Shown: positions 51,259 through 64,000 of the stretch, piece by piece
How positions within the stretch are numbered: the first letter of the stretch is position 1
How the letters are laid out: every line of letters starts with the position of its first letter
NCBI RefSeq assembly: GCF_048593235.1
Contig: NC_133617.1
Coordinates: 47,329,767-47,393,766, forward strand
Length of the DNA stretch: 64,000 bases
Direction of reading: 5' to 3'
From: Sminthopsis crassicaudata
Taxonomy: Eukaryota
Translations under genes and position numbers: made by a program
The notes under the pieces: model-generated
What the model was told of the DNA's origin: nothing
Database searches by the model: none
What the model saw: the letters and a program-made list of their open reading frames with translations, nothing else

Positions 51259-53699
51259 GGACCAGCTCCCGTGGCCTCCAGGATTGCTTGTCCATTTGTG
51301 AAAGTGGCCCAGGCTACCCTGGGGTCAAACCGAGTCCTCCAGGAGGAGGAGAACCAAAGGAGGAAAGAGGCCGTTAGCTACAGAGGACTCTCTTCCATCG
51401 GCCTCCATCACAAGCTACCTCTCTCTTTAAGGCAGCCGACAGGTCCTGACCTTGTTGCCTTTTTCTACCACCCTGGGAGGCCTTGCATCCGGCACCCCTT
51501 GGATGAGGCCGGATGGGTGTGGATCCTGATTCTTTGCAACATCCTGTCTCCTATGGGGGTAGGAGTGGGAATTGGCTGCAGGCTCCAGAGGTAGTCACAC
51601 GCCCAATCACACCCCCATGCAGCTGGTTTCAGGGCCAGTACTCTTTGTTAGGCAAGGCTGGGGTCGCTGGAATCAGCTAGGAGGCTGGGCTGGTGGCTCT
51701 GGGGTGAGACACTCCGTTCAGCTCTCACATGGGCTACAGATGAGGAGGAGGATAGCCCAACATCTAGGGTGATTGACATTTTAGTGATTAAAATGATTTC
51801 CCAAAATTTAAAACCTATCCTCCAGTTTGTCTTCTGATTTCTTTTCTGAATCTCCTCATGGAAGAAGAATCTGACCTAGAACTTGGCATGGAGTGGGGGC
51901 AAGTAGGTAAAAAAGACCCCCATTCTGGAGAAATTTACCTTCTTTGGCCAAACGGAGTATCACAAGTAGGGGAAGCGGGACTAGATGGTCTCTAAGGTCC
52001 TAGGAGTCTCTTCCTTTATCATATGAAGTTACTGTGCAGTACAGTCAAGACAAACATTTTTTGAAGGCAGCAGTAACTTTTACTGCAGACAGAAAAATAG
52101 AGGAATATAAATTTTAAAGTAGCATCACTCCCATATTGATAGCACTGTAAGGAATACAAATACCACCAGGTCAGTAGTACAAGTGTTGTTATTCCCATTT
52201 TTTGAACAGGAAAACTGAGGCCAGAAAAATTACATAATTTATTTGTTGGAGTCACACAGTGTAGAGCTGGGATTTGAAACCCAGATCACTTGACTGCAAA
52301 TATATATCCTGTATTTCTTCCCATAGAATTGAAATTCCTTGAAAGAGATCTTAGGAAGCTAGTTCAACTTTTTATTCCAGATGGTAATCCCCTTTGATAG
52401 CATCCTCACTAAGTAGAAGGAGATAGTGTGTGGATGACAAAGGTGTCTGGGTTTGGGGCTTGTCAGACTTTCTGGACTTTGTCCTTTAAAAGTAAGTAAG
52501 CCTTTCTGAATCTGTTTCCTTATCTGTAAAATGAGGGGTTGAATTAGATTCAATTCAGCATTGATTAGGCACCTGCCATGTATAAGATAATATAATAAGC
52601 TTGGGGATACAAAGACCAAATTGAAATATAAGGAATTTACTATCTGGAAGAGACAATACTGAATCTCAAGAATTGGGTGAGACCTTAGAGACCATCCAGC
52701 TCACCCTGTGCCCAACAAATGGTTATCACATCTTTGTTCAAAGGCTCCCAGTGAGAGAAGCCCCTGCTCTCAAGGAGCCTGCACTTCAGTGGAGTAAGCT
52801 AAGACACAGGGAAGTCAATTTTGTGTAATTTCAGGAGGGAGAGGGCTTTCTTGGGGTCCATTAGGAAAGTTTGGCACTCAAACTGGGCTTGAAGGAAGCT
52901 AAGGCTTCTTAACGATGGAAATGTATCCCAAGCATGAGTCAGGGGGAAGAAAAGAGATAAAAATTCCATATGTACAGGCACAGAGATGGGAGGTAGCATG
53001 TTGTATTTGGGGATCAGGAAATAATCTGAAATCAGTTTAGAAAGGTAGGTTAGATTGAGGAAGAATTTAATTACCAGCCTTGTATTTTATCCTAGGGACA
53101 ATAGGGAATCTTTGGAGATTTTAAAAGTAGGGGAGTGACATAGACGTCTGTGTAAGACATAGTAATTTGGTAGCTATAGGGAAGATGGATTGGGAAGGGG
53201 AGAGAGTGGAAGCAGAAAGACCCGTCCTAAGCCACTGCAATAGTCTAGATAGGCAGTGAAAAAGGTCTGAATGAGGAATGGGAATGGAGATAAGGAGGGA
53301 TGTTTGTGAAGGTGAATCAGATGATTTGGAAAAATACCTGGAAATGAGGGATGATTCTTGGGTTTCAAACCCGGGTAAGTGGATGGATGATGATGCCCTT
53401 AGCAGAAATAGGCATTTGGGGAAGGGTGAGGAGAAGAATCGTGGCCCATATTAAGTCTTGAGTAGTCACTGGGGCCATGGGGTAAGGAAAGATTCTTGGA
53501 GAATATCACTGTCTCCTTGAACCTAGACAGGGACTCTGAGGTGGAGAAGTAGCTGGAGTGTCCAGGGAACCTTTTACTCAAGGATCCTGCCTCTGGCAAC
53601 TCGCGAGCTGTGTCACTAACCATGTCACCTTGGGCTACTTGACCTCTCTGATTCCCAGTTGCTTCATAAAGAATTCCAGCACCAGGGAAGTGTTAGCCC

Positions 53700-54110
53700 A
53701 CTGTATTATGCCTTGGTCTGACCATTTGTTTTCAGTTCAGGGTACCCCATTTTAGGAAGGACATCAATAGCCTGGAGAATCCAGAGGTAGGCAGTCAGGA
53801 TGAGGCTTGAAGGACTTGAGAATATTGTAGAATGTATAGAAGCAAAGACTCAGCGAGGACATATTTATGAAAGGTTTTTCACTTGTTCTGCTTAGTTTCA
53901 GAGAGCAGGCCCAGGTGAAGTGGGTAGAAATTATAAGAAAGCAAAAACTAGTTATCCCAAAGTAAAAGGTGTTTGCTCGGGACTCAGTTACCCTTTAATG
54001 GAGATCTTAAAGAGCTCAATGAGCAGTTGTGAGGTGTACTGAGGGGATCCTTGTTGAAATCCAGATAGGACAAGTTGGCCTCTAAGAGGCCTCCCAGATT
54101 AGAGATTCTC
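53700..54110 (+). mobile_element. L3/CR1 3' fragment
   Basis: ctgtattatgccttggtctgacca...gtaccccattttaggaaggacat...ctggagaatccagagg. Confidence 0.55.
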
Positions 54111-56036
54111 TGATTAAAATGAGTTCTGTTGTACACATGGCAGTCAATAAACATTTATTAAATACTTGCTGTATGCTGGGCACTAAGTTCTGGACATAGA
54201 AAGGTAGAAGATAGTTCCTGCCTTTGAGGCTTTCACAGTCTAATGGGGGATATTACATGCAAGCAATTATACACAAACAAGTTCTATATAGGATAAATAA
54301 GAATCATCAAAAGAAGAAGGGTACTAGAATTGAGACACTGGGAAAGTATCTTCTTGCAGAAGAAGATGGGATTTCAGCTGGAACTGGTAGAAAATCAGAT
54401 GACTGGGGTAAAGAAGGAAAGCATTCCAGGTATAGGGGACATCTAGTAAAAATACACGAGTCAAGAGATGATAGAGTGTCTTATATGAAGCTCAGCATGG
54501 TCATCTTGAACCTCAGATGCTGTTGGGATGTCCTGGAATTTTGTGATGGACTGGAATTAAATATATACATCTTGTATCCATCTTCACAGAAATATGGTAA
54601 CCTTTGGGAACTGAGCACATCACCCAGACAGATGATCCTGTGATCACCCAGAGTTTGAACATTTCTAGCAATAAATAAGAAAACATATCCTCTAAAACAT
54701 TTCACACGCTTCTGTACTGGAAGGGCCTTCAGAAAGTTAGCTGGTACTGGCCCAAGAATGCCCTTATTCAGCACCTGGAAGGGGCATCCAGCCACTGCCT
54801 GAAAGCTTCCCTCCAGAGGAAGCCTGTTCACATTCGCACGGCTCTTATTATTATAGCAATCCCCACTGTTTGTTATGAAGGTTAAATAAGACAGGACATG
54901 TGGAGTGCTTTGTGAACCTTAAAACAGCCATTGTTTTACAGAGACCGGGAGGACAGGTTTATTGTACTTGTTTCCTCTGCTGTAAAATTAACAGACTGGT
55001 CTAAATCAAGGGCTCTTGTATTTTCCTAGCTGTATTTCCAGCTCACAAAGCTGCCAGCAGCATAAAATTGTCATCTTATGCATTTCATAAATCTAAAAAC
55101 ATCATTTCTGAGAAGAGTTCCATAAGCTTGCCAGAGGGGCCCACCACTTGAGTTTGAGAAGCCCTGGTCAGCACAACCTCGAGGGACAATTCCACCTCTG
55201 GTAATTGCTCTCCCATGACTTCCTACCATTGTCTTTGGTGACCACTTTTGCATCTACTTAATTTCTGCCCTATTGGGGCAACAGGAAAATCGACAGCCTC
55301 GACATAATGGGAGTTACTTCTGGTACATGGAAGAGAAGCAGGGGGGAAAACCCATTGGCCTGAGTGCCAGGTGAGCACAAAGTTATGAACCTGCCATGTC
55401 GTCTCTGGACACTGGGAGTCCTCAAAACCCAGGCTGTCAATGCAGGATGGGATGGTGTCCAAAAAACCTGACTTAGAAGTAGGAGGTATTTAAAGTCAGA
55501 TCCAGGCAAGAGGGACAGTCCCCAAGTGGATGATGATAGCCAAATCACTTCTTTGGTCTTATTCGCAGCTTCCTCATCTGAAAAATGGAGACCATGACAA
55601 TCTGTTATACTTACCCCACAGGGTGGTTATGGGGATAAAATGAGAGAACATTGTACTTTGCTGGCCTTTGTTGGTTACTAGATCAATTCAGTTCACTCAA
55701 TAAATATTAATATAATTAATACGGCTCCTGGTAGGCTGTGTGTTAGGGATACAAGAACAATGAATAAAACAGTACCTAGCAAAAGCAGCAGGTTCCTCCC
55801 ATTGGACTCAGTCCTCTGGGGTTAATAGAGAGATTCAGTTGATAGAAACTTAGATCAAGCTAAATCTATCCTCCTTGAGACTTTTTTTTTTTTTTTTTTT
55901 TTTTTTTACCAACAATTAAGCTTACTTTTGTCTTGGGGTACTCTCAGTTCCATGATAGATACTTCTCATCTCTTCCCTTCTCCACCAAGATTCAAAAGAC
56001 CGGAATGAAAATCATCTACTTAACAAAGCAAATCTA

Positions 56037-56162
56037 GGGCAGCTAAGTGGCGCAGTGGATAGAGCACCAGCCCTGAAATTAGGAGGTCCTGAGTTCAAAT
56101 CTGGTCTCAGACACTAACACTTCCTAGCTGTGTGACCCTGGGCAAGTTACTTAACCTCAGTT

Positions 56163-56189
<27 letters not shown>
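56037..56189 (+). mobile_element. Young WSINE1-type SINE with ~A27 tail
   Basis: Near-consensus body, long pure A tail, degenerate TSD aaagcaaatc / aaagtaaatc. Confidence 0.88.
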
Positions 56190-56195
<6 letters not shown>

Positions 56196-56949
56196 CATTG
56201 ACCCTTCAGTCAAGAAGAACTAAATTCAAATATGGCCTCCGATATTTAACTGTGTGACTGGGCAAGTTACTTTTTTTTTCTGCCTTAGTTTCCAAATCTG
56301 TAAAATGGGCAATAATAATAGTTACCTCTCAGAATTGTAATGAGGATAAAATAAAATGATAATTGTAAAGCACTTTGCAAACCTTAAAGTCTCATTTAAA
56401 TATTAGTTATTGTTATTATTTTATCATTATCTAATTTTCTTCAAGCTAACTAATCCCAAGTTTCTTCAACCAAACCTCATATGACATAATTTTTAGATCC
56501 CTTATTATACTAGCCTCCTTCCCTGTGGATCTAGAAGGAATGGAACAAAATATTCTAGGTGTGGTCTGACCAGGGCAGAGAACAGTGGGACTGTCACCAC
56601 CCCCTAGAAACAGATTTCAGATTTTGTCGTTGCAATGCAGGTTACTATTCCTCCTCTTTCCCTTTCTTGATTTTTCTTTTTCTAAATTCCAGGAGGAGGT
56701 CAGCTCCTTTCCAGTTAAGATTCTCAGATCTAATCTTGTTAACAACAAATCTCTTAAAAATCTTTCTCTTGGCTTTTTCCCCATTTTTTCCATTACAGAA
56801 CATCTCCTTCCAGCCACTACCCCCTTCCCAGGAGGGAGTTGCTTAGAGTTTCCATCTGTACTGGAGGAAGGAAAAAAAATAGGATTTGGGGACTGATGCA
56901 GAATGTGAAGAAGGTAAGGTTCAGAATATGAGTATATTTGGTAGGGTTA

Positions 56950-58200
56950 GAGGGAAACAGGGAGAACATTTTTCCAGAAATAGGTGATAGAAAATGGGAT
57001 GATGTTGTTGAACTAAATGTTCTTTTAAAGTCCCTTTTATCTATGACGTTCTGTAATTTTATATACCAAGGGCTAAATGATTGTTATAATATTAAGCACC
57101 AAAGGTATTTAGGAAAGATTAATTTCAATGGATACAATCCAGAAAAACTTCATAAATGAGGTGAGAATTAATCTGTGCATTGTAAGATGGCTAAAATATC
57201 AAAAGGTAGAGATAATGGCACGGGGGGCTAAAGGCTGCTGGGTATTTCCAGCAGAGGACAGATGTTAGCTAAAACAGAGCTGAAGAAAGTACAAGATATA
57301 TTTAAGGACTGGTCAATAGAATAGTTGGCTGGAGATCAAGATTTTTGAAGAGTAGGAAATCAGACTGGAAAGATAAAAAAATAAAAGATAAAAGGTAAAA
57401 AAAACTAGCCTGAACACCAAGCCACGGTTTGGTTTTCATTTGGAAGTCAATGAAAAACTATCGATGATTTTGGAGTAATGGAATGACCCAATCAGAGCTC
57501 TTCGATAAGAAGATTGGATGAGAGTAATTTTCCTGATCAAGTTATACTTCTCTGGCTACCACTCCCCTATAACCCTATTAGAATGTTAGCTCATTGATGA
57601 CAGGGACTGTTTGCTTTTTGTATTTACCAGTTCCTGGATATTCCTTCCTCCCTGGTTTTCATAAATATTGTTCTTTCCTGTTTTTTCTCACATTCAGCTG
57701 ATTACTCCTTTTATTTCTCCTTTATCAGCTCTTTATCCATGTCACACCTTTTAACCACTGAAATCCCTCAAGGATTTGGACTATCTTCTCTTTTTTCTCC
57801 ATATTATTTTGCCAGCTGATATCATGGGCTCCAATAATTTCTTTAGGAAGATAGATGATTGCCATCAAGCCTTAATCTCTCTCCTGTACTCTAGTCCTAT
57901 ATTATTACCAGTAGCTCTCAGACACTTCATCCCAGAGTCTCATACTCAGTGTGTCCAAAACAACTCATCTTTTTCTTCAAACCTTGCCGGCTTCCCAACT
58001 TTTCTTATTGCTGTATCAACATCCTCCTGATCCATCCTGGCCACCTCAGTCCTATGCTCTCCTTACTCAGACTCATTCAACTTATCCAACCTATTGTCAA
58101 ATCTTATTCCCTCACCTCTCACATTTCTCTGTTAATAGAACCACCACTCTGATTAGTATAGGCCCTCATTGCCTCTGAGCTGGACTTGCCCCAGGTCTCT
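56950..58200. mobile_element. Degenerate L2 fragments
   Basis: Purine-rich and pyrimidine-rich L2-like tracts (ctcagacacttcatcccag, ctgattagtataggccctcattgcctc). Very decayed; boundaries approximate. Confidence 0.4.
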
Positions 58201-58769
58201 TCCCCACTTCAATCCATCCGCCATTCAGTTAAGTGCAGGTGTGAACCCTACGTTTGGCATTTGCTATTTGACTTTTCCCCCTTTTTCTGACCCTGAATTT
58301 TCTCAACCTAAAATGAAGGAATTTAACTAGATAATTTCTAAGAATCTTTCCAGTGTTAAATGATGTTAGCTCTGACAAATAGAGAAGTTTAAAAGAAATT
58401 TTTTTAAGGCAATTATCATTCCCAGGATCACACAGCTAACAAATATCTAAGGCCAAATTTGAGCTAAGGTGCTCTTGACTTCAGAGATGCTGCTCTGTCT
58501 ACCAAACCACTCAGCTGTCCCCAAATAGTTTTTATTTTTATGATACATTTTGTTTATTTTGTCATAAAGACTTAATTTTTGCCTCTGCAAAAGGAAGTAC
58601 TATAATCATTTTATAATACATAAGACCTTTTTTTTAAATGAATTTCATAAGTTCTATGTGTAATAGTAGAATATCAGAATCAAAGAATATAAAGAATTTA
58701 TTGATTTCTCATGTAAACTATAGAATAGTTTGATCATTTCATCCCTCTACTGATACTGTATAAATGTTT

Positions 58770-59450
58770 TTCCTATGGCCTTCTAGCATGGACTATTTTT
58801 ATCTTTTGTTATTTGGCCTATTGGAGTTCTTTCTTTTGATTTGCATTTATCTTATTAGTGATTTAGAACAGCTTTTCATACTTCTGTATGAAAATTCTTC
58901 TTTAAAAACCGTTACTCATTTTTTTAATGTTTATATATTGATGGACAATTCTTGGTCATATATTCATATTAGTTTCAAGTATCTTATAAATCTGAAATTT
59001 ATTAGAAATATTTATACACTATGCCAAAAGGACTACAAAACTGTGCATACCCTTTGATCCAATAGTGTCACTAGTGGGTCTATATCCCAAAGAAGTCATA
59101 AAAGAGGGGAAAGGATCTATATGTGCAAAAATAAGGAAATGTTTAAAAGGATGGTAAATATATAACCTATATCAGTTTGCTTGCTGTCTTGGGGAATGTG
59201 GAGATAAGGGAAGGAGGGAGAAAAAATTTGGAATACAAAATCTACAAAAATGAATGTTGAAGATTATCTTTACATGTATTTGGAAAAATAAAATACTATT
59301 TTTTTTTAGGAGGAAAAAATTTTTTTAGGTGAGACTATATTCCAAATTCTTTTCTTTCTCTCCCTTTCCTCCCCACTCCCCAAGAGAGCAAGTAATCTGA
59401 TATCAGTTAAGCATGTACAATCCTTTTAAACATATTTCCATAAGATAAAA
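58770..59450. mobile_element. Cluster of L1 fragments in mixed orientation
   Basis: Minus-strand ORF2-end-like 58770-59000, plus-strand aaaactgtgcataccctttgatcc...ctatatcccaaag 59020-59120, then 3'UTR pieces in both orientations. Confidence 0.65.
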
Positions 59451-61970
59451 TGCTATTAAGAAATAAAAATATTTGTTGCAGATTTCTTCCCAATTGAGAA
59501 TTTCTTTCCTTATCTGAGATACATTGACTTTATGCATAAAAACCCTGACCTTTTTTTATCTTGTGTAGCTAAAATTATTACTTTTCTTTTTTACGTACTC
59601 AAAAATTTTATGTATGGGCAATAAACATTATTAACAATGATAATGAAAATAAATAACGATTATTAACAAAGCAAAAATAAATAACTAGCATTTTAATATT
59701 TATAAAGCACTTTACAAATATCCCATTTTACTCTGGGAAGTAAGTGGTACTATTATTGTCATCTACAGATAAGGAAACTGAGGCAAGCAGCAATTTAGTT
59801 ATTTACCCAGAGGGCATACAGCTAGCTGATAGGTGTCTGAGGTTTGATTTGAATTTAGGTCTTCTTGACTCCACATGAACCTTAGGAATCATCCAGTCAT
59901 AGTTGTGGAAGATACAGCCTTTCTTGCTCCTCTAATTTACATACATACACATTTATATGTGTGTACATGTATGTGCATATATATAAACATATTATATATT
60001 AACATGTAATAAATTTATCACATTCATTTCAAACTTAACCAATCATCTTTAAAAGAGGTATTCTTTAATTGCTTCCTTCACTTTTTCATTACCCATTTTT
60101 TCAATCCCTTTCAATCTATCTTCTGCTCCCATCACTCTAGTAAAACTATTCTCTCAAAAGTTACCAGTGACTGAATTGACAAATCCAATTGACTTTCTGT
60201 ACTCCTCATCCTCCTTGATTTCCGTGAAGAAATGAATGCTTTTGAATTGTTCCTTCTTTGTACATTCTGTTCTCTTCCAGGATACTGCAATTTCCTGATT
60301 GTTGTCCTACTTTTCAGGTCTATTTCTATATCTCAGTTGTTGGTTATTCTTCTTTCCCAGAATTTAAGGCGGGTATTTATTTCCTCATGTTCTGGCCTCA
60401 GAATTATTTTTTCTTATTTCTACCCTCTTTTTCTTGGCAATCCCATTCACTTGTACCTGTGAACTATGACGTCTATGTATAAAATTTAAATTAGCAAGGT
60501 GGTGCAATGAAGGGATAGAGCAGTGGACTTTGAGTTAGAAATATCTAACCTTGAATTCTACTATGGACAATTTCTAGCAACTCATGTGTCTCTTTGCTCA
60601 GTGTTAGATTCCTGATCCATATAATGAGGACAGCATCTCACTCACAGGATTGTGGGAAAATAATCTTAAAGAGCTACATAAATGCTATTATAATTCTATC
60701 TCCAATTACTTTTCAGAAACCTAAATCTCTGTCTCTCTCCCTCTTCGATAATTCCTTTTGATTTCTCCTGATTGTATCTTTGAATTTCACGATTCCCCCA
60801 AACCTAAAGCTACTCAATTTCCCCCCATTTTCATCTAAACATAATATTATGCTCTCAATTTATAGCTAAAGATTGAATTCAGCTCTTAATTGTCATTCTA
60901 GATATTTCCAGCAATGGCATTTGGTGACCCTTTCCAGGTAAAATTTGGTAAGTCTTATCTTCCTCCTGTACCTTTTTCAGGGCTCACAGTTTGGCTTAAA
61001 GTCAGTGTTAAAATTAAAAAAAAAAAAATGACATGCAAAGTGAATTGAAATGGAGTTAGTGAGGGCTGTGCAGAGTCACCAACTTAACTCTCTCCTCCAG
61101 AGCCATCTGGTTCCAAGGACAAGATATAGATCAGAACAACTGGAGATGGCTCTCAGTGTTTTTAAAGAAAAAAAAAAAAGACAGTTTTTTCCCTTGGGTA
61201 AAAACTGAGAGGGAGAGACAAGGAAATGGCTTTTTTTTTTTTTTTCCTGGTCTGTGACATGTGACATTATAATAATTTGCTCTTGAGAATGTGAAGGTTT
61301 CTTTCCCTTACTACCTTAACTGCTGGATCCTAGATGTACTCAGCCTAGATTAGAGAGGCTTGGAAAAATGTCCCTCGCTCCAGTTCTGGTTTTGGTTGTC
61401 TACCCCTCAATAGATGTTTTTCTAGATGCCCATTATGTGCACCAGGTGTCCTCTGTGGTGGGGATAAATCTCTGCTCTTAAGCGCTCACAGCCTAATGTC
61501 ATATGCAATCAGCTGTGTACAGACAAGCAACATGCGAATAAATTGGATAGAATCAGCAGAGAGAAGTCATTAGCACAAAAGGAAGTTAGAAGTTCTGTTC
61601 ATGTCATTGGATGGTAAGCCCCTTGAGAGCAGGAACCTCCTTTTGCCTCTTTTTGTATCCCCGGCACTTAGCACAGAGTAGGTGATGATAAACATTTTTT
61701 GACTATGTGGCTGGTTTCTGGCCAGGAGGTGGGAGGGTACAGATCAGAGCAGAACCAAGATCCTCTGCCAGTGAGTGGTTGAGTGATAGGCTTTCTTGAT
61801 TCTAGTCTATTAGGAATAAAGGGTGAGTATTGTGCTTTGCCTGAGATATTTTCTTCCCTAATTCAGCCCCTTGTGTAGGAGACAACTGTGGTGGGCTCCT
61901 GAGCCCCCCTCCTGCTGCTTAACTGGGGGAATACGAATGAATTTCCTCATCTGTAAAACTCAATTCAACA

Positions 61971-62095
61971 GGGACAGCTAGGAAGCATAATGGATAGAAC
62001 ACACCAGTCCTGCAGTCAGGAGGACCTGAGTTCCAATTCTACCTCAGCTATATATTCCCTGAGCAAGTCACTTAACCCTGATTGCCTCAAAAAAC
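61971..62095 (+). mobile_element. CORE-SINE (older WSINE-like)
   Basis: gggacagctagg...gcagtcaggaggacctgagttc...gagcaagtcacttaaccctgattgcctcaaaaaa. Confidence 0.7.
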
Positions 62096-62329
62096 AGATA
62101 AATTCTCAATTTATTATAGTATCCCTTAAATGCTAGGCTTACAAAGACAAAAATTAGCCTTCAAAAAATTTACTTTGGTGGTGATTGGTGGGAGATTAGG
62201 AAAAAGGAAGGGAAAGCATTTATACATAAATTATAATAATGATATTTATATATAAATTATGACAATATATATTATATATATAAAGCATTTATATAATGGT
62301 TATTATATACCAAACACTGAGCTAACTAC

Positions 62330-62432
62330 TTTTTTTCCCCCTGAGGCAGTTGGGATTAAGTGACTTGCTCAGGGTCACACAGCTGGGAAGAGTTAAATGT
62401 TTGAGACTAGATTTGAACTCAGGTCCTCTTGA
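62330..62432 (-). mobile_element. 5'-truncated CORE-SINE
   Basis: T tail then ccctgaggcagttgggattaagtgacttgctcagggtcacacagct. Confidence 0.7.
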
Positions 62433-64000
62433 CTGCTTGTACAGATTCTCACAAACAACCTTGCAAGGTGGATGGTGTTATTATACTTTCTCACGGGTGA
62501 GTAAACTGAGGCAACTGGTAAATGTCTGAGGCAGGATTTGAATTTGTTTTCCTGACCCCAGAGCTCTAACCGATCTGCCAACAGCTGCCTCTGAGAGATG
62601 GATGAGGTAAAACGGGCACCGGGAGAAGAAAGGGCCCCAACAATGGCCGAGGGTCACATAGGAAGGAGGGGCTGAGCCTGGACCGAGGCCTGAAGGAAGA
62701 GAAATGTTCTGAGAGGCCGAGGGAGTGGTGTGTTCTGGGCAGGGAACAGCTTGTGCCAGACCATGGAGGTAGGAGATGGAACGTGATGTTCAGGGGACAG
62801 TTAAGCAGTTGGGCCTTCCTGGAACAAAGAATACCCATGGGCCAATGCTAAGAAATGAGGCTGGAATCGGGGATAAGCATTAGTGCACCACTGCCCTCAT
62901 GGGGCAGCTGGAAGGAAAGCACATGATGAAGTGCAGGTGTTTCAGGTAGTTATCAAATATATTTCCATCTAAATATAGTGTTTGTCAAATCATGTTCCCG
63001 GCATGGATCTGATTCTCGTCTCCCCTGGAACAAAGGCCAGTCCAGAATGAGGGAATATCAAGAAAACAAGCACTTAGAATCAGGGCTACGAGGGTACCCA
63101 CAGGCCCCGAGATGATGCTGGGGGATCGGGGTCAGACTTGCTTGGGTGCTCTGTTCCAGCCTACAGTCTGAGGAGAGCTGGAGATGGGGCTCTGGGTTCC
63201 CCAGACTCACTGGGCAGGCAAGTCCTGAGCAGGTCCTTAAGGTCCTGGAACTGATTTGGACAAAGGGAGGAGCCAGGGCTGACCTCAGAGCAACAACGGG
63301 GCTGTGGGCTCTTTCCCATGGGAAAGACCAGGTGAGGGTCACTAGGGAGGAAGAAGCAGCAGTACCTGGGCCTGATAAAACTCTGGAATGGAAGGAAGGA
63401 ATCCTAGTCTATCTCCTGACCTCGGCTTCACTAGATTGGCCGCATGGACATGGCAAAGACCCTTCCCCTCTCTGGAACTGCTCTGTGTAAAAAGAGGTGG
63501 TCCCTTTCAGTTCTACCATTGTGTTCCCTATTCCTTTCAGTGTGAAGAAGATTCATCCCCTGAGAGTGTACTGGTCATTCATCTCCTCAGCTTGAGATGC
63601 TTTCTGAGGACTCCTGGGGAATAAGGGGTCTCTCCCCTGTAGGGAGAGGCTCTTAGAAGATACTACTCTGGGGGCAGAAGGTTTTAAAGGCCTGTGAGAA
63701 GCAACAGTTCTAGAATTATACAATCTCGGAGCTGGAAGGAACCAGGAGGGTCATGGGTCATTTGGGGCAACCCCTTTCTGACCCTCCTAAGTCATGGCAT
63801 TGGGAGCTGGAGAAGACCATGGAGATCATTTTATAGATGAGGAAATAGGATACACACCACATAAATACAACTATATCCCAGAGAGGGCAAGATTGCTTAG
63901 TAAATAAGCAAGGTTAGGATTCAAATCTGGGTCATTTAATTCCAAAATCTCGGCTTTTCCCATTTCATGAAATCTCCTGTGGGACGGTCTGACTTTTGAG

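Noticed and set aside
54530-54570. FCDG peptide in ORF 54224-54643 as a possible extra LDLa/CD320 copy
   Set aside because: No other Cys or DE motif; it sits among L2/L3 remnants.
51300-64000. Expected neighbour CERS4 on the minus strand (and ANGPTL4 upstream of KANK3)
   Set aside because: No recognisable exon of either gene found; they presumably lie outside the window.

Overview
Eukaryotic genomic DNA, very probably from a marsupial (dasyurid-like, judged from WSINE1/MAR1-type SINEs, marsupial L1 3' ends and an RTE-BovB fragment). It carries four intact spliced genes in the order and relative orientation I recall for human 19p13.2: KANK3 (+, 10 coding exons, 812 aa), RPS28 (-, 69 aa), NDUFA7 (+, 115 aa, head-to-head with RPS28) and CD320/transcobalamin receptor (+, 7 coding exons, 346 aa). 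All exon chains were built by hand from GT-AG sites, and their phases close correctly. The rest is introns and intergenic DNA rich in L1, L2, L3/CR1, BovB, CORE-SINEs and hAT MITEs; most short ORFs in the supplied track are shadows or TE remnants. I found no wholly new gene system. The most unusual object is CD320, which differs from my recollection of the human protein in three ways: a 10-Cys middle region that keeps an LDLa Ca-binding motif, a canonical furin site (RKRR) before the last LDLa module, and a tandemly duplicated Ser/Thr-rich stalk exon whose flanks are better conserved than its interior. KANK3 has an 11-residue repeat array next to LC8-type TQT motifs. Comparisons with human proteins are from memory and need checking by alignment.
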